Notes: generated from the sequence alone by a model not told the origin. A stretch of DNA of 64,000 bases from Candidatus Omnitrophota bacterium (GCA_021108075.1 JAIORP010000171.1:4041-68040), one strand, 5' to 3'; shown: positions 49,507 to 61,890, numbered from the stretch's first letter. A program made the numbers and translations.

Positions 49507-52500
49507 ATTTCACCATCTCTATTTCGTTATATTGTTTTAATCCAGTGCCTGCGGGTATCAAATGTCCCACAATTACGTTTTCTTTTAGTCCAGAAAGAAG
49601 GTCGATTTTACCAGATGAGGCAGCCTCTGTCAAGACCCTTGTTGTCTCTTGGAAGCTCGCTGAGGATATAAAGCTGTCCGTCGTCAAAGAAACTTTTGTA
49701 ATCCCTAACAATAACGGTGTTGCCTGTGCTGGTTTACCCTTCTTTTTAATGATATCATTGTTGGATTTATTAAAAGCAACGCGGTCAATTTGCTCACCAA
49801 CTAAAAACTTGCTGTCCCCGGAATCTTCGATCTTAACTTTCTTCAGCATCTGGGAAATGATCAACTCAATATGTTTATCATTAATGCGCACACCCTGTAA
49901 GCGGTAAACTTCTTGAACTTCATTCAACAAATACTCTTGTAAAACTTTATCCCCGCAAACGCGTAAAATATCATGCGGGACAACAGGACCGTCAGTTAAT
50001 TGTTGTCCGGCAAAAACACGGTCACCTTTATAAACATTAGGGTGTTTACCGTGTGGGATCGTATATTCTGCGCTCATACCTGTCTGACTTTTTACGATAA
50101 TTGTTCGTCGCCCTTTTTTATCCTGGCCAAACTCAACAATACCATCAATCTCGCTGATGATCGCCGGATCTTTTGGTTTACGAGCTTCGAACAACTCAGC
50201 AACACGAGGCAGACCACCGGTAATATCACGCGTCTTTCCTACCCCACGCGGAATCTTAGCGATAATTTCTCCCGCCCTAATTTCTTGTTGGTCGTCAACA
50301 AGGACATGCGCCCCAATCGGGATAGAATAGATACCGACAATTTCTTTCTTTTCGTCCGTAATAATAATCTGCGGATGGTATTCCTGTCGATGATCTACGA
50401 CAACACGCTCTGTAACGCCCGTGATCTGGTTGCGCTCTTCTTGAATCGTCACATCCGGAATAAGATCTTCTGAATTAACCAGACCCTTAACCTCAGTGAT
50501 AATAGGAATGGTGTACGGATCCCAGGTTACGAATGTTTTGTCTTTCTTCACATCGGATCCGTCGGAAAATTTGATGATAGCACCTTGAGGCAATTGATAA
50601 CGTTCATACTCTCGGCCATATTCATTATTGATACTGACCGAGCCATTGCGGTTCAAGACAATAAACTCATTCCCCTTCTCAACAACACGCAACTGATGAT
50701 ATTTTAACGTTCCGGCGTTCTTAGCCTTATAGAATGACTGCTCAATGGCACGACTAGCCGTTCCCCCGATATGAAATGTGCGCATCGTCAACTGTGTTCC
50801 AGGTTCACCGATGCTTTGTGCCGCGATGATACCAACAGCTTCACCAATTTCAACCAACCGTTGAGTCGCAAGATTGCGGCCATAACATTTCACACATACC
50901 CCGCGGGCTGCTTCACAAGTCAAAACGCTACGGATACGGACTTTCTCAATACCCAGGTGTTCAATAAATTCAGCCTTCTCTTCAGTGATAACCTCACCGG
51001 CTTCAACAACTTTCTGATCTGTTACAATATCAACAATGCTGTCTAAAGCAACACGGCCGGTAATACGTTCTTTCAGGCTGACAACCAGTTCGTCCCCTTC
51101 AACGATAGCGGCGACAGTGATTCCATTTAATGTCTGGCAATCAATTTCAGTTATAACAACTTCTTGCGCGACGTCAACCAAACGCCGGGTTAAATATCCG
51201 GCGTCAGCGGTTTTCAAGGCCGTATCAGCCAAACCTTTACGGGCTCCGTGAGTTGAGATGAAATACTCAAGAACAGTTAATCCTTCACGGAAGCTGGCTA
51301 TGATAGGATTCTCAATAATCTCTCCGGTTGGTTTAGCCATAAGACCACGCATTCCGGAAAGTTGACGAACCTGCAAACGAGAACCCCGGGCACCGGAATC
51401 GGCCATAATAAACACGGGATTAAATTGATCCATCTGACGGAAAACCAGGTCAGAGATAGCTTCTGTCGTATGGGTCCACACGTCGATGATCTTGTTATAT
51501 CTTTCACGTCCTGTGATAATCCCTTTACGGTACTGCTCGTCAACTTTAGAAACTTCTTGTTTTGATTGCTTGATTATATTACCTTTTTCTTTCGGAATCG
51601 TAAGATCACTGATACTAATGGAGATTCCGGCCAAAGTTGCATTTTGAAAACCAAAATCTTTAAAAGAATCTAACAGTTTGATCGTGGCATGTTGACCAAA
51701 ATGCTTATAACAATTGGCAATAATCGCGCCAATTGTTTTCTTATCCAACAAATTGTTAACAAATCCATAATTCTGTGGCAACAATTCATTGAACAAAACG
51801 CGTCCCACTGTCGTTTCAATAATTTGAACCTGAGGTTTTTCTTCCGTCACTTCGTTAGCTTTCACAGGATCGGCTTCATTCGCCGCCTCTTGCTGAAAAA
51901 TAACCAGCGACGGTTGATCCTCGCCCCAAATCGAACCGTCAAGGCGCATCTTAATTCTTTTATGAATGTCAACCATTCCATCATTAAAAGCAACGATAAC
52001 TTCTTCAGAATCAGCATAAATTTTCTTTTCATCTTTTGGATTAGGTTCTTCTTTCGTCAAATAATATAATCCCAGAATCATATCTTGGGAGGGTGTGATA
52101 ATCGGACGGCCATCAGCCGGCGAAAAAAGATTATTGATCGAAAGAAGCTGCAGACGACATTCAATCTGAGCTTCAAGTGATAGAGGAACGTGTACGGCCA
52201 TCTGGTCACCGTCAAAGTCAGCGTTAAAAGCGGCACAAACAAGCGGATGCAATTTGATCGCCTTGCCCTCGACCAACTTCGGGAAAAAAGCCTGAATGCT
52301 AAGCCGGTGCAATGTTGGAGCGCGATTTAACATGATCGGGTGATCCCGAATAACCTCGTCGAGAATATCCCAGACTTCAATTTTAGCCCGCTCAACCATC
52401 CGTTTCGCGCCTTTGATCGTATGAACAAAACCTTTCTCACGAAGCTTTCGGATAATAAATGGCTCAAATAATTCTAATGCCATTTTTTTCGGTAGACCAC

Positions 52501-53581
52501 ATTGATGCAGCTTCAATTCTGGACCGACGACGATAACAGATCGTCCAGAGTAATCAACACGTTTACCCAACAAATTCATACGAAAGCGCCCTTGCTTTCC
52601 TTTCAGCATATCTGAAAGAGATTTTAACGGACGGTTTCCAGAGCCTAAAACCGGTCGCCCATGGCGGCCATTATCAAGCAGGGCGTCTACAGCCTCCTGC
52701 AACATGCGTTTTTCATTTCGACAAATAATCTCAGGAGCTTTCAAATCCATCAATTTTTTCAAACGATTGTTTCTATTGATAACTCTTCGGTATAAATCAT
52801 TTAAATCAGATGTGGCAAAACGGCCACCTTCCAACGGGACAAGTGGACGTAAATCAGGCGGTATAACTGGCAGCGAATCCAAAACCATCCAATCAGCTTC
52901 ATTCCCCGAGAGGCGAAAATCTTCAACGACTTTCAAGGTCTTAGCAATTTTTTTCGCATTCGTACCTGCTGGATTCGCTTTGTCTAAATCTTTACGCAAC
53001 TTTTTTGCCAAACTGTGTAAATCTAATTCCCTCAAAAGTTCTTTAACCGCTTCCGCCCCAATCTTAGCTTTAAAACCAGCGCCATATTTTACAAGCGCAT
53101 CCTGAAATTCGTCTTCAGATAAAAATTGTTTTTTCTTTAACGGTGTATCACCTGGCTCGATGACAACATATTCTTCATAGTAAATTAATTTCTCTAAGTC
53201 TCTTAACGTAATTTGTAAAAGCGCGGCTAGACGGCTCGGAACAGCTTTGTAAAACCAAATATGCGTAACAGGACAAGCTAATTCGATATTGCCCATTCTT
53301 TCTCGCCGAACAGACGAACGCGTGACAAGAACACCGCACCGGTCGCAGGTAATACCCTTAAATTTGATACCCTTGTATTTACCACAATTACATTCCCAAT
53401 CCCGGACAGGACCGAAAATCTTTTCGCAAAACAATCCATCCCGTTCCGGTTTTAACGTTCTGTAATTTAACGTTTCCGCCTTACGGACAACACCACTAGA
53501 CCAAGAACGAATTGTATCGTGAGAAGCTATTTGGATTGTTATCCGATCTCTTTTTTCGGTATCTTCTTTCTTCTTTATCAT
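49448..53581 (-). CDS. rpoC: RNA polymerase beta' subunit
   Basis: NADFDGDQM catalytic motif, Zn ribbons, [13 protein letters not shown]. Confidence 0.99.
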   Translation of the reverse strand: MIKKKEDTEKRDRITIQIASHDTIRSWSSGVVRKAETLNYRTLKPERDGLFCEKIFGPVRDWECNCGKYKGIKFKGITCDRCGVLVTRSSVRRERMGNIELACPVTHIWFYKAVPSRLAALLQITLRDLEKLIYYEEYVVIEPGDTPLKKKQFLSEDEFQDALVKYGAGFKAKIGAEAVKELLRELDLHSLAKKLRKDLDKANPAGTNAKKIAKTLKVVEDFRLSGNEADWMVLDSLPVIPPDLRPLVPLEGGRFATSDLNDLYRRVINRNNRLKKLMDLKAPEIICRNEKRMLQEAVDALLDNGRHGRPVLGSGNRPLKSLSDMLKGKQGRFRMNLLGKRVDYSGRSVIVVGPELKLHQCGLPKKMALELFEPFIIRKLREKGFVHTIKGAKRMVERAKIEVWDILDEVIRDHPIMLNRAPTLHRLSIQAFFPKLVEGKAIKLHPLVCAAFNADFDGDQMAVHVPLSLEAQIECRLQLLSINNLFSPADGRPIITPSQDMILGLYYLTKEEPNPKDEKKIYADSEEVIVAFNDGMVDIHKRIKMRLDGSIWGEDQPSLVIFQQEAANEADPVKANEVTEEKPQVQIIETTVGRVLFNELLPQNYGFVNNLLDKKTIGAIIANCYKHFGQHATIKLLDSFKDFGFQNATLAGISISISDLTIPKEKGNIIKQSKQEVSKVDEQYRKGIITGRERYNKIIDVWTHTTEAISDLVFRQMDQFNPVFIMADSGARGSRLQVRQLSGMRGLMAKPTGEIIENPIIASFREGLTVLEYFISTHGARKGLADTALKTADAGYLTRRLVDVAQEVVITEIDCQTLNGITVAAIVEGDELVVSLKERITGRVALDSIVDIVTDQKVVEAGEVITEEKAEFIEHLGIEKVRIRSVLTCEAARGVCVKCYGRNLATQRLVEIGEAVGIIAAQSIGEPGTQLTMRTFHIGGTASRAIEQSFYKAKNAGTLKYHQLRVVEKGNEFIVLNRNGSVSINNEYGREYERYQLPQGAIIKFSDGSDVKKDKTFVTWDPYTIPIITEVKGLVNSEDLIPDVTIQEERNQITGVTERVVVDHRQEYHPQIIITDEKKEIVGIYSIPIGAHVLVDDQQEIRAGEIIAKIPRGVGKTRDITGGLPRVAELFEARKPKDPAIISEIDGIVEFGQDKKGRRTIIVKSQTGMSAEYTIPHGKHPNVYKGDRVFAGQQLTDGPVVPHDILRVCGDKVLQEYLLNEVQEVYRLQGVRINDKHIELIISQMLKKVKIEDSGDSKFLVGEQIDRVAFNKSNNDIIKKKGKPAQATPLLLGITKVSLTTDSFISSASFQETTRVLTEAASSGKIDLLSGLKENVIVGHLIPAGTGLKQYNEIEMVKYANDTTINPDKPDTEKEKG

Positions 53582-53582
53582 A

Positions 53583-56500
53583 TCACTTCTTCTTATCTTT
53601 TAATTTTTCGGAAAGTTTACTTACATCTGACTCTGTAAATTCATTAGCTTTCACCATATTTATATCGAGACATAAGCCTTGCAATTCTTTAACAAGAACA
53701 TTAAAGGATTCTGGTGTGCCTGGAGTAAGTTTTTGTTGGCCCTTAACAATCGCTTCATACATTCGGCTGCGGCCGATAACATCATCACTCTTTACAGTTA
53801 AAATTTCTTGCAGCGTATAAGAAGCACCGTAGGCTTCCAAAGCCCAAACTTCCATCTCCCCAAAACGTTGTCCACCAAAATGAGCCTTACCACCTAAAGG
53901 CTGCTGTGTGACCAAAGAATATGGTCCAATCGAGCGCGCATGAATCTTTTCATCGACCAGGTGGTTCAGTTTCAACATGTAGATATAACCAACGGTTATT
54001 TTTTGATCAAACGGCAATCCGGTAAAACCATCATAAACCGATGTCTTTCCATCAGGTGGAAGTCCGGCTGAGTCTAAACAATCATGGATTTCTTGTTCAA
54101 TCGCGCCATTAAAGACAGGCGTGACCGCATTAAAACCAAGAGCCTGTGCTGCCCAGCCAAGATGTGTTTCGAGCAACTGCCCGACATTCATTCGAGAAGG
54201 CACCCCGAGAGGATTCAACACAATATGGACGGGAGTTCCATCTTCAAGGAAGGGCATATCTTCTTCTGGAAGAATGCGGGACACAATTCCCTTGTTGCCG
54301 TGACGACCAGCCATCTTGTCACCTTCAGAAAGTTTTCGTTTGGTTGCGACATAGACGATGACCCGCTTCAATACGCCTGCTGGTAATTCATCGCCACGTT
54401 TAACTCTTTCGATTTCATGGGCTTCTTCTTCCGTTAAATCTTGTATTTTATCGTCATAAAAACGCCAAATTTCGCGTTCTTCTGATTCTTCAGCTATATC
54501 TTCAAGACTAATATTTGCTAGTTTCTTTTTATCAACACCAAGGGCTTTGCACAATTTTTTCTCTTTCTCTTCTTCGGCAAAAAGCGTTTCTTGCTTATAG
54601 TAGGCTTTAATTTTTTCAATGGCTTCTACTTCTTTAGTTTTATCCGCCTTGCTTTTTCGTCCGCGTTCATTGCGCTGAAAGACTTCAATATTCACAACGA
54701 CTCCCTCAATCCCCGGCGACAATGTCATTGATGTGTCACGGATATCAGCCGCTTTTTCACCAAAAATAGCCCTCAGCAGGCGCTCTTCAGGAGAAAGTTC
54801 TTTCTCGCTTTTCGGAGTCACTTTACCGACAAGAATGTCCCCGGATTTTACTTCTGCGCCGATACGGACAATTCCATCTTCATTCAGACTAACCAAAGCC
54901 TCTTCACTAACATTAGGAATATCACGGGTAATTTCCTCGTTCCCCAATCGTGTTTCACGACATTCAACTTCAAATTTCTCAACGTGAATCGATGTAAAAA
55001 CATCTTCCCGGACTAACCGCTCGTTAATAAGAATCGCATCCTCAAAATTGTATCCTCTCCAAGGCATAAAAGCGACCAGAACATTACGGCCTAATGACAA
55101 CCGGCCATTATTCGTCGCAATCCCGTCCGCGATAATCTCTCCAACCTTTATTTTTTGGCCGATTGCAACCAACGGTTTCTGGTGAAGGCAGGTATTGGCA
55201 TTCGTCCTTTGGAAATTACATAACGGGTATATCGTATCGTTGATAACAATTTCACGCGCATCCACTTTGGTAACAGTTCCCGCGTTCCTGGCTAAGACAA
55301 CAACGCCGGAATCACGAGCGACTTTTTCTTCCATACCTGTACCAACAAACGGAACTTCTGGAATCATCAACGGCACAGCCTGTCGCTGCATGTTAGACCC
55401 CATTAAAGCGCGGTTGGCATCATCATGTTCGAGGAAAGGTATCAATGAAGCCGCAACGGAAACGATCTGCAAAGGAGACACGTCCATATAGCTCACTTCC
55501 GCCGGAGCGGATTTTGGAAAGTCTGTTTTAAAACGGCAGGGCACTTCCTGGGTTTCAAAATTGCCGCTCTTATCGACGGAAACATTGGCCTGCGCTATCA
55601 TTTCTCCTTGATCCTTATCTGCCGTTAAATATTCAACCTTACTTGTAACCCGACCGTTTACAACTTTACGGTAAGGCGTCTCAATGAATCCCAAGTCATT
55701 GACCCGGGCACAGTTTGTCAAAGAGGCGATCAAACCAATATTCGGACCTTCAGGTGTTTCAATAGGACAAACGCGGCCATAGTGCGTTGGATGGACATCG
55801 CGCACTTCAAAACCAGCTCTTTCTCTTGATAAACCACCTGGGCCCAACGCACTCAACCGTCTTTTATGTGTCATTTCGGAAAGCGGATTAACTTGATCCA
55901 TAAATTGGGAAAGTTGACTGCGGGCAAAAAAGTCTTGGATTTGATTTGAAAACAAACGTGAATTAATCAAGTGATGCGCTGTTAAGTTTTCAAAATTACT
56001 CATAACAACCAATCGCTCTTTAATCGAACGCTCTAGGCGGGCCAAACCAATACGGACCTGATTCTGAACAAGTTCACCAACTGATTTAATACGGCGGTTA
56101 CCCAGATGATCGATATCATCTGTTTCGCCAAATCCATCCCGCAGGTTAAATAAATAACGGATCACCTCAACAACCGTACCGATATCCAGCACGCGATTGT
56201 CGAATGAGACATCCATTCCTAATTTTCGGTTGATAATATGACGTCCGACTTTGCTTAAATCGTATCGTTTAGGCTCAAAAAACAGTCTGAAGAAAAGGGA
56301 GTCAGCCACTTCAATGGTAGCCGGTTCAGTGGGCCGCATTTTACGATAAAAATCCAGCAAAGCATCTTCTTTGCTTTCCGTGTGATCTTTTTCAAGAGTC
56401 GGTTTTAATTTTTCCCAATCATCACCGAACATTTTTTGCATGTCTTCCTCGGAAGAAAGCCCCATGATACGCAAAATCTGTGTCGCAGGGAAATTTCTTC

Positions 56501-57059
56501 GGCGGTCGACGTAAGCTAATAAAATATTGTTAAGGTCAAATTTTATTTCAAACCATGCTCCACGGGCAGGAATAATCCTTCCATGATAAAGGCTACGACC
56601 TGTTGGGTGCAATTCTTCCTCGAAAGAAACACCTGGCGGGCGCTGAATCTGTGAAACAACGACCCGCTCATCACCATTAACGATAAAAGTACCAGTATCC
56701 GTCATTAACGGAAAATCGCCGAAGTAAACTTCCTGTTCTTTGATATCGACAGGTGTAATGAGTCGGAGCTTTACTTTTAAAGGAGCTGCAAAATTCATAC
56801 CTCTTCGTTTACATTCTGGAGATGAATATTTCTCCTTGCCGAGCGTGTAACTGATATATTCTAACTTGATCTGTCCATCATAGCTTTCTAAAGGGAAAAC
56901 ATCACGAAAGACTTCTTCAAGTCCCTGGTCTTTTCTCTTATCCGGTTCTAAATATCTTTGCAGAAAGAGTGCGTATGAATGGAGTTGAATATCTAGCAAA
57001 TGCGGCAGTACGAAATCATCATTAAACTTACTAAAATCTTTAATATTCAATGCTTTCAT
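53583..57059 (-). CDS. rpoB: RNA polymerase beta subunit
   Basis: [40 protein letters not shown]. Confidence 0.99.
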   Translation of the reverse strand: MKALNIKDFSKFNDDFVLPHLLDIQLHSYALFLQRYLEPDKRKDQGLEEVFRDVFPLESYDGQIKLEYISYTLGKEKYSSPECKRRGMNFAAPLKVKLRLITPVDIKEQEVYFGDFPLMTDTGTFIVNGDERVVVSQIQRPPGVSFEEELHPTGRSLYHGRIIPARGAWFEIKFDLNNILLAYVDRRRNFPATQILRIMGLSSEEDMQKMFGDDWEKLKPTLEKDHTESKEDALLDFYRKMRPTEPATIEVADSLFFRLFFEPKRYDLSKVGRHIINRKLGMDVSFDNRVLDIGTVVEVIRYLFNLRDGFGETDDIDHLGNRRIKSVGELVQNQVRIGLARLERSIKERLVVMSNFENLTAHHLINSRLFSNQIQDFFARSQLSQFMDQVNPLSEMTHKRRLSALGPGGLSRERAGFEVRDVHPTHYGRVCPIETPEGPNIGLIASLTNCARVNDLGFIETPYRKVVNGRVTSKVEYLTADKDQGEMIAQANVSVDKSGNFETQEVPCRFKTDFPKSAPAEVSYMDVSPLQIVSVAASLIPFLEHDDANRALMGSNMQRQAVPLMIPEVPFVGTGMEEKVARDSGVVVLARNAGTVTKVDAREIVINDTIYPLCNFQRTNANTCLHQKPLVAIGQKIKVGEIIADGIATNNGRLSLGRNVLVAFMPWRGYNFEDAILINERLVREDVFTSIHVEKFEVECRETRLGNEEITRDIPNVSEEALVSLNEDGIVRIGAEVKSGDILVGKVTPKSEKELSPEERLLRAIFGEKAADIRDTSMTLSPGIEGVVVNIEVFQRNERGRKSKADKTKEVEAIEKIKAYYKQETLFAEEEKEKKLCKALGVDKKKLANISLEDIAEESEEREIWRFYDDKIQDLTEEEAHEIERVKRGDELPAGVLKRVIVYVATKRKLSEGDKMAGRHGNKGIVSRILPEEDMPFLEDGTPVHIVLNPLGVPSRMNVGQLLETHLGWAAQALGFNAVTPVFNGAIEQEIHDCLDSAGLPPDGKTSVYDGFTGLPFDQKITVGYIYMLKLNHLVDEKIHARSIGPYSLVTQQPLGGKAHFGGQRFGEMEVWALEAYGASYTLQEILTVKSDDVIGRSRMYEAIVKGQQKLTPGTPESFNVLVKELQGLCLDINMVKANEFTESDVSKLSEKLKDKKK

Positions 57060-57106
57060 TGTCGTCCTTTACAGAATAAATTCCGTCTCTGGAATACTCT
57101 AAAAAA

Positions 57107-57547
57107 TTATTTTAATTCTACTTTTGCGCCGACAGCTTCTAATTTCTTTTTTAGTTCTTCCGCGTCATCTTTTGAAATAGCTTCTTTGACGGCCTTTGGT
57201 GCAGCCTCGACTAAGTCCTTCGCTTCTTTTAATCCAAGGCTCGTCGCAGCACGGACTTCCTTAATAACAGAAATTTTATTTGGCCCCACCTCTGCGAGCA
57301 CAACATCAAATTCCGTCTTTTCTTCTTCTGCTGCCGGAGCAGCCCCACCTGGCATCATACCTGGCATCATCATCGCACCCATAGGAGCAGCAGCCTGAAT
57401 TCCAAATCGATCTTCGAGCCCTTTAACTAGCTCCGAGAGTTCAAGCGCGGTCAAACCTTCGATCATCTTAGCTATTTCTTCCAGTTTCGGAGACAATTCA
57501 ACTTTTTCTTCAACTTTTTCTTCCACAGCATTATTATTCTCGGACAT
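57107..57547 (-). CDS. rplL: 50S ribosomal protein L7/L12
   Basis: [27 protein letters not shown]. Confidence 0.97.
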   Translation of the reverse strand: MSENNNAVEEKVEEKVELSPKLEEIAKMIEGLTALELSELVKGLEDRFGIQAAAPMGAMMMPGMMPGGAAPAAEEEKTEFDVVLAEVGPNKISVIKEVRAATSLGLKEAKDLVEAAPKAVKEAISKDDAEELKKKLEAVGAKVELK

Positions 57548-57549
57548 AT

Positions 57550-58080
57550 TTAATTTCCTCCCTTTTTTTCACTTAATTGTTTTAATATGGATAGTAAATC
57601 ACTTGTTTTCGCATTTAACGCGCCAGCCAAACGTGTTAATGGAGACTGAATCGTACCCAACAACATCGTCAATAAAATTTGGCGTGGCGGTAATGCAGAT
57701 AAAGCTTTGACTTTTCCCTTATCAAGATATTCCCCATCCAACAATCCACCCTGGACAGAAGCATTGTCGCACTCATCGATAAATTTAACGATAATTTTTG
57801 AAATATCAACAGCGTCAGAATTACTCAAAATAAAAGCTGTTTGGCCGGAAATTTGGTCAGCCAATTCCTGCTGCTCTAAGCCTTTAAGAGTGATCTGCGC
57901 CAATGAATTTTTCGAAACAAAAACTTCCGCACCGGCTTGCTTTAAAGTCTTTCTGAACTCACTCGTCTTCAATCCGGACAATTGAGAATAGCTGATAACG
58001 AAAACATTGCTACTGTTTTCAATTCCATCCTTGATCCGGTTAACTAATTTATCCCGATAAACTGTCCCTACTTTTTTCAT
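57550..58080 (-). CDS. rplJ: 50S ribosomal protein L10
   Basis: V.KNSL, LSALP. Lies between rplA and rplL. Confidence 0.93.
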   Translation of the reverse strand: MKKVGTVYRDKLVNRIKDGIENSSNVFVISYSQLSGLKTSEFRKTLKQAGAEVFVSKNSLAQITLKGLEQQELADQISGQTAFILSNSDAVDISKIIVKFIDECDNASVQGGLLDGEYLDKGKVKALSALPPRQILLTMLLGTIQSPLTRLAGALNAKTSDLLSILKQLSEKKGGN

Positions 58081-58757
58081 AATTTTAACCTCAAGCCTGG
58101 CCCCATTGTCGTCGACAAATAGGCGCTTCTGATCAAGTTTCCTTTTATAACAGCCGGACGCGCGTTGTTGACTGCGTCCACGAGCTCTTTGATGTTTTCA
58201 AGGATTTTATCATTATCAAACGATCTTTTACCGATCCCCGCATGAATACCTGCCTGTTTGTCCGATTTAAAGGCAACTTTACCAGCTTTCGCTTCTGTGA
58301 TGGCTTTCGCAACGTCTGTTGTTACCGTACCTGCTTTGGGTGTTGGCATAAGACCTCTTGGACCTAAAATTTTACCTAACCGGCTTAAATCTCTCATCAT
58401 GTCCGGGGCAGCAATAACGACATCAAAACCAAGGAATCCTTTTGTAATTTGTTCAATCAAATCCTTATTTCCGACCAGATCAGCGCCAGCTTCTTTGGCC
58501 TGAATTTCCATCTCCCCTTTACAAATAACACAAACGCGCACTTTCTTTCCCAGGCCGTTCGGCAAAATAACCGTCCCACGAACCATTTGATCTGAATTCT
58601 TTGGATTAATGTTCAGGGCTAAATGCAGTTCAATCGACTCATCAAACTTGGCTTTAGGGAATTTAGAAATATTTTCGACAGCTTCGTCGATTGTGTATTC
58701 CTGGTCAGGAGAAAACTCTTTTTTAAATTCTTTTTTACGTTTTGATAATTTAACCAT
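58077..58757 (-). CDS. rplA: 50S ribosomal protein L1
   Basis: KFDES, LGPRGLMP.PKAGT, STTMGPG. Confidence 0.98.
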   Translation of the reverse strand: MVKLSKRKKEFKKEFSPDQEYTIDEAVENISKFPKAKFDESIELHLALNINPKNSDQMVRGTVILPNGLGKKVRVCVICKGEMEIQAKEAGADLVGNKDLIEQITKGFLGFDVVIAAPDMMRDLSRLGKILGPRGLMPTPKAGTVTTDVAKAITEAKAGKVAFKSDKQAGIHAGIGKRSFDNDKILENIKELVDAVNNARPAVIKGNLIRSAYLSTTMGPGLRLKL

Positions 58758-58758
58758 T

Positions 58759-59184
58759 TTAAACCACCACCTCTATGCCCATACTTCGAGCTGTTCCTTC
58801 AATAATTTTCTTAGCTTGATCTATTTCAACTGTGTTTAAATCTTCCATTTTTATTTTAGCAATTTCCAAGACCTGCGCTTTAGTGATTGACGCGATGATT
58901 TCGCGTCCGGCTGTTCCGGATGCTTTTGCCAAATTGGCAGCCTTTTTAATCAAAACCGAACTTGGTGGGGTTTTAATAATAAAGTCAAAAGATTTATCTT
59001 TATAAACATTGATAACAGCTGGCAAGATTAAACCTTCTCTACCTTTAGTTCTTTCATTAAATGCCTTGCAGAAACCCATAATATTCACACCGTGCTGACC
59101 TAACGCCGGACCAACAGGTGGCGCCGGATTCGCCTGTCCAGCCGGTACATATAATTTAATTTGCGCGATAACTTCTTTTGCCAT
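58759..59184 (-). CDS. rplK: 50S ribosomal protein L11
   Basis: [22 protein letters not shown]. Confidence 0.98.
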   Translation of the reverse strand: MAKEVIAQIKLYVPAGQANPAPPVGPALGQHGVNIMGFCKAFNERTKGREGLILPAVINVYKDKSFDFIIKTPPSSVLIKKAANLAKASGTAGREIIASITKAQVLEIAKIKMEDLNTVEIDQAKKIIEGTARSMGIEVVV

Positions 59185-59185
59185 T

Positions 59186-59719
59186 TTATATTTTTTCCAC
59201 TTGCCAGTATTCCAGTTCCACTAGCGTTGATCTACCAAAAATAGAGACGCTAACCTTAAGTTTTCCACGGTCAGGATAAACTTCCATAACCGCCCCGTTA
59301 AAATTCGCAAAAGGCCCCTGAGAGATACGAATAGATTCCCCAATGTCGTATATTGTTTTTGGTGTCGGTTTTGTTTCTGTGTCTTCCGTTCGTTTTAAGA
59401 TCGAATCGACTTCGTCGGGGGAGATCGGAGTTGGTTTTCTCCCCGGACCGATAAAACCAGTTATCCCCGGAGTCGTTTTTACGAGATACCAGCTTTCCTT
59501 AGTCATTTCCATCTTGATGATGATGTAGCCAGGAAAAAACTTGCGGGCAGTGATCCTTTTTTTCCCCCCACGGATTTCAGCCACTTGCTCGGTAGGAACA
59601 ACAATTTCCTCTATATATGTCTTGAGAGCTGTTATTTCCATCCTGCGTGTTAAACCGGCCCTTGCCTTCTCTTCAGATCCTGTCTGAGTATGTACGACGT
59701 ACCACTTTTTTTCGCTCAT
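59186..59719 (-). CDS. nusG: Transcription termination/antitermination factor NusG
   Basis: WYVVHT, FPGY, GPF.NF.G, IFGR.T.VEL. Confidence 0.98.
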   Translation of the reverse strand: MSEKKWYVVHTQTGSEEKARAGLTRRMEITALKTYIEEIVVPTEQVAEIRGGKKRITARKFFPGYIIIKMEMTKESWYLVKTTPGITGFIGPGRKPTPISPDEVDSILKRTEDTETKPTPKTIYDIGESIRISQGPFANFNGAVMEVYPDRGKLKVSVSIFGRSTLVELEYWQVEKI

Positions 59720-59723
59720 TTTG

Positions 59724-59909
59724 TTACCTAATAATTAATCCTAAAAATTTTGACAAAATAAAATCGGAAAGAGCAATGTATAAACCAACAAAAATCGCAC
59801 TAAAAAGAATGATCCAAGTTGCATCAATCACCTCAGAGCGAGAGGACCACGACACTTTCTTTAATTCTATAACAACTTCTGAAAAGAATTTTCTCACTTT
59901 GCCGATCAT
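59724..59909 (-). CDS. secE: Preprotein translocase SecE
   Basis: ELKKVSW plus a single TM. Directly upstream of nusG. Confidence 0.93.
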   Translation of the reverse strand: MIGKVRKFFSEVVIELKKVSWSSRSEVIDATWIILFSAIFVGLYIALSDFILSKFLGLIIR

Positions 59910-59921
59910 ATTATATCCTTA

Positions 59922-59995
59922 CAGGCCTGGTAGGGTTCGAACCTACAACACTCGGTTTTGGAGACCGATGCTCTGCCAATTGGAGCTACAGGCCT
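59922..59995 (-). tRNA. tRNA-Trp(CCA)
   Basis: AGGCCTG..TCGGT-CTCCAAA-ACCGA..GTTCGAA..CAGGCCTG; 3' CCA not encoded. Confidence 0.95.
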
Positions 59996-60009
59996 ATTGT
60001 ATGCCTGTT

Positions 60010-60162
60010 TTACTTTTTCATTTCTTTGTGTGTCGTATGCAGACGACAGAAACGACAATACTTTTTAAGCTCTATTCTATCAGGTTTTTTCTTTTTATCT
60101 TTTGTACTCGTATAGTTAATACGTTTACATTCAGTACATTGAAAATTTATATTTTCTCGCAT
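60010..60162 (-). CDS. rpmG: 50S ribosomal protein L33 (Zn-binding type)
   Basis: Manual translation: [50 protein letters not shown]. Confidence 0.96.
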   Translation of the reverse strand: MRENINFQCTECKRINYTSTKDKKKKPDRIELKKYCRFCRLHTTHKEMKK

Positions 60163-60204
60163 CGCTATTCACTAAAAAAGATTGATAAAAATTTTTATTA
60201 CTTA

Positions 60205-60277
60205 AGCCCCCGACCGGACTTGAACCGGAGACCTCGTCCTTACCAAGGACGTGCTCTACCATCTGAGCTACAGGGGC
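60205..60277 (-). tRNA. tRNA-Thr(GGT)
   Basis: GCCCCTG..CGTCC-TTGGTAA-GGACG..GTTCAAG..CGGGGGCT; 3' CCA not encoded. Confidence 0.95.
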
Positions 60278-60342
60278 ATATCTATTGTTTAAAATGAAAG
60301 GTTTTGGATGCCATTATGTTTTCTCGTATAATAAATATATCA

Positions 60343-60370
60343 AGTATAACCGAGACAGCTATAATGTCAA
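60343..60370 (-). promoter_or_regulatory. sigma70-type promoter heading the tRNA-Thr/rpmG/secE/rpo/ribosomal cluster
   Basis: TTGACA-N16-TATACT on the minus strand, about 65 nt upstream of tRNA-Thr. Confidence 0.75.
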
Positions 60371-60441
60371 GAACAAATTTTGTTTTGTAAAAACTCTGAT
60401 TTATTCGCATTATTACAATTACAAACTTGTTCAAAAAAAAA

Positions 60442-61728
60442 TCATTCTAACCGTAAAAATCTTCTTTTCCCGACTTTAACGACTCCTTTTTGAGGCTTCC
60501 AACTCTCATCCACAATCTTATATCCCTCATGACTGACAGCCCCTTGATTGATCAATCGCCGGCCTTCACTTTTTGACGGAATCAATTTTGTCGATGACAA
60601 AATATCAAGCAACAACTCGCCTTCAATCCGCAGGACATATATCGGCATGTCATCGGGGTACTGTCTCCGGCTAAATGTTTTCTCAAACATTTCCCGTGCG
60701 GCTCTGGCCTTAAAAGCATCATAAAATTGAGAGACAATATTTTCACCAAGCTGCAACTTTGCTTCTTTGGGATGCATTGTTTTAATGTCATCTAAATCAA
60801 CATCCGTTAAAATTTCATAATAACGCATCATAAGCGCATCACTAATCGACATCACCTTGCCTAATATTTCTTCAGGCGGCTCATTGATGCCAATGTAATT
60901 ATTGAGCGACTTGCTCATTTTCTTAACACCATCTGTTCCCTCTAACAATGGCGTCATGATAACCACTTGCGGCTCTTGAACGGGCTTAAAGCCATTTTGA
61001 TATCTCTTCATATCCGTCTCAGGCCAAAGACCCTGAAAGTCAGGCTGATTCCGTAAGGCGTCAAATATCTCATTAACTTGCTTACAAAACGACTCATTGC
61101 AAGCTAATGTCTCCTGCAACTGGCGCCCCATCAGTAAATTAAATTTCTGATCCGTGCCGCCCAACTCAATGTCGCTACCGAGGACATAGGAATCAAATCC
61201 CTGCAATAACGGATAAATGAATTCCATCACACTTATTTCCATCCCACTTTCATAACGCTGTTTAAAATCTGACCGCGCCAGCACTTGTCCAACTGTTGAA
61301 AAAGCGGTCAAGGCCAAAAGCGACGTGGAATTCAACAGGCCTAACCATTGACTGTTGTAAACCACATTGGTCTTACTCTCATCAAGGATCTTAAACGCTT
61401 GCAGTGTATATGTTTTGGCATTATCGCGAATAAATGCCTGATCCAATCGGGGACGCAATTTGTTTTTTCCCGTGGGATCACCGATCAATGCGGTAAAATC
61501 TCCGACTAAAAAATCAACGTCATGTCCAAGGTCCTGAAATTGACGCAATTTCCTCAAAAGGACCACATGCCCCAAATGGATATCCGGGGCGGTGGGATCA
61601 AACCCGGCCTTAACCCGTAATGGATACCCTTCAGCCATGCTTTTCTGCATTTTTTTCTTTAACAGATCAGCATTGATTATTTCGGACGTCCCTCTGGTGA
61701 TTAAATCAATTTTTCCTTCTAAATTCAT
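60442..61728 (-). CDS. tyrS: Tyrosine--tRNA ligase
   Basis: GFDPTAPDIHLGH (HIGH), GGTDQKFN, KMSKS, and a C-terminal S4 domain. Confidence 0.97.
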   Translation of the reverse strand: MNLEGKIDLITRGTSEIINADLLKKKMQKSMAEGYPLRVKAGFDPTAPDIHLGHVVLLRKLRQFQDLGHDVDFLVGDFTALIGDPTGKNKLRPRLDQAFIRDNAKTYTLQAFKILDESKTNVVYNSQWLGLLNSTSLLALTAFSTVGQVLARSDFKQRYESGMEISVMEFIYPLLQGFDSYVLGSDIELGGTDQKFNLLMGRQLQETLACNESFCKQVNEIFDALRNQPDFQGLWPETDMKRYQNGFKPVQEPQVVIMTPLLEGTDGVKKMSKSLNNYIGINEPPEEILGKVMSISDALMMRYYEILTDVDLDDIKTMHPKEAKLQLGENIVSQFYDAFKARAAREMFEKTFSRRQYPDDMPIYVLRIEGELLLDILSSTKLIPSKSEGRRLINQGAVSHEGYKIVDESWKPQKGVVKVGKRRFLRLE

Positions 61729-61890
61729 GATATCAAATAGTTTTTACTCCTATTTAAAAAATAGGGCAAAACATAAAACATTCCGCTTTTTTGTTTAATC
61801 GAAGAAATATCAGAAAAAAATTTTCAGAAAAGAACCTCTCCGCGACAACTTGCAGAGCAACAAAATGGATTTATGAATATTTTTGCATAA

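Noticed and set aside
59647-60297. 216-aa plus-strand ORF
   Set aside because: Antisense to secE, two tRNAs and rpmG.
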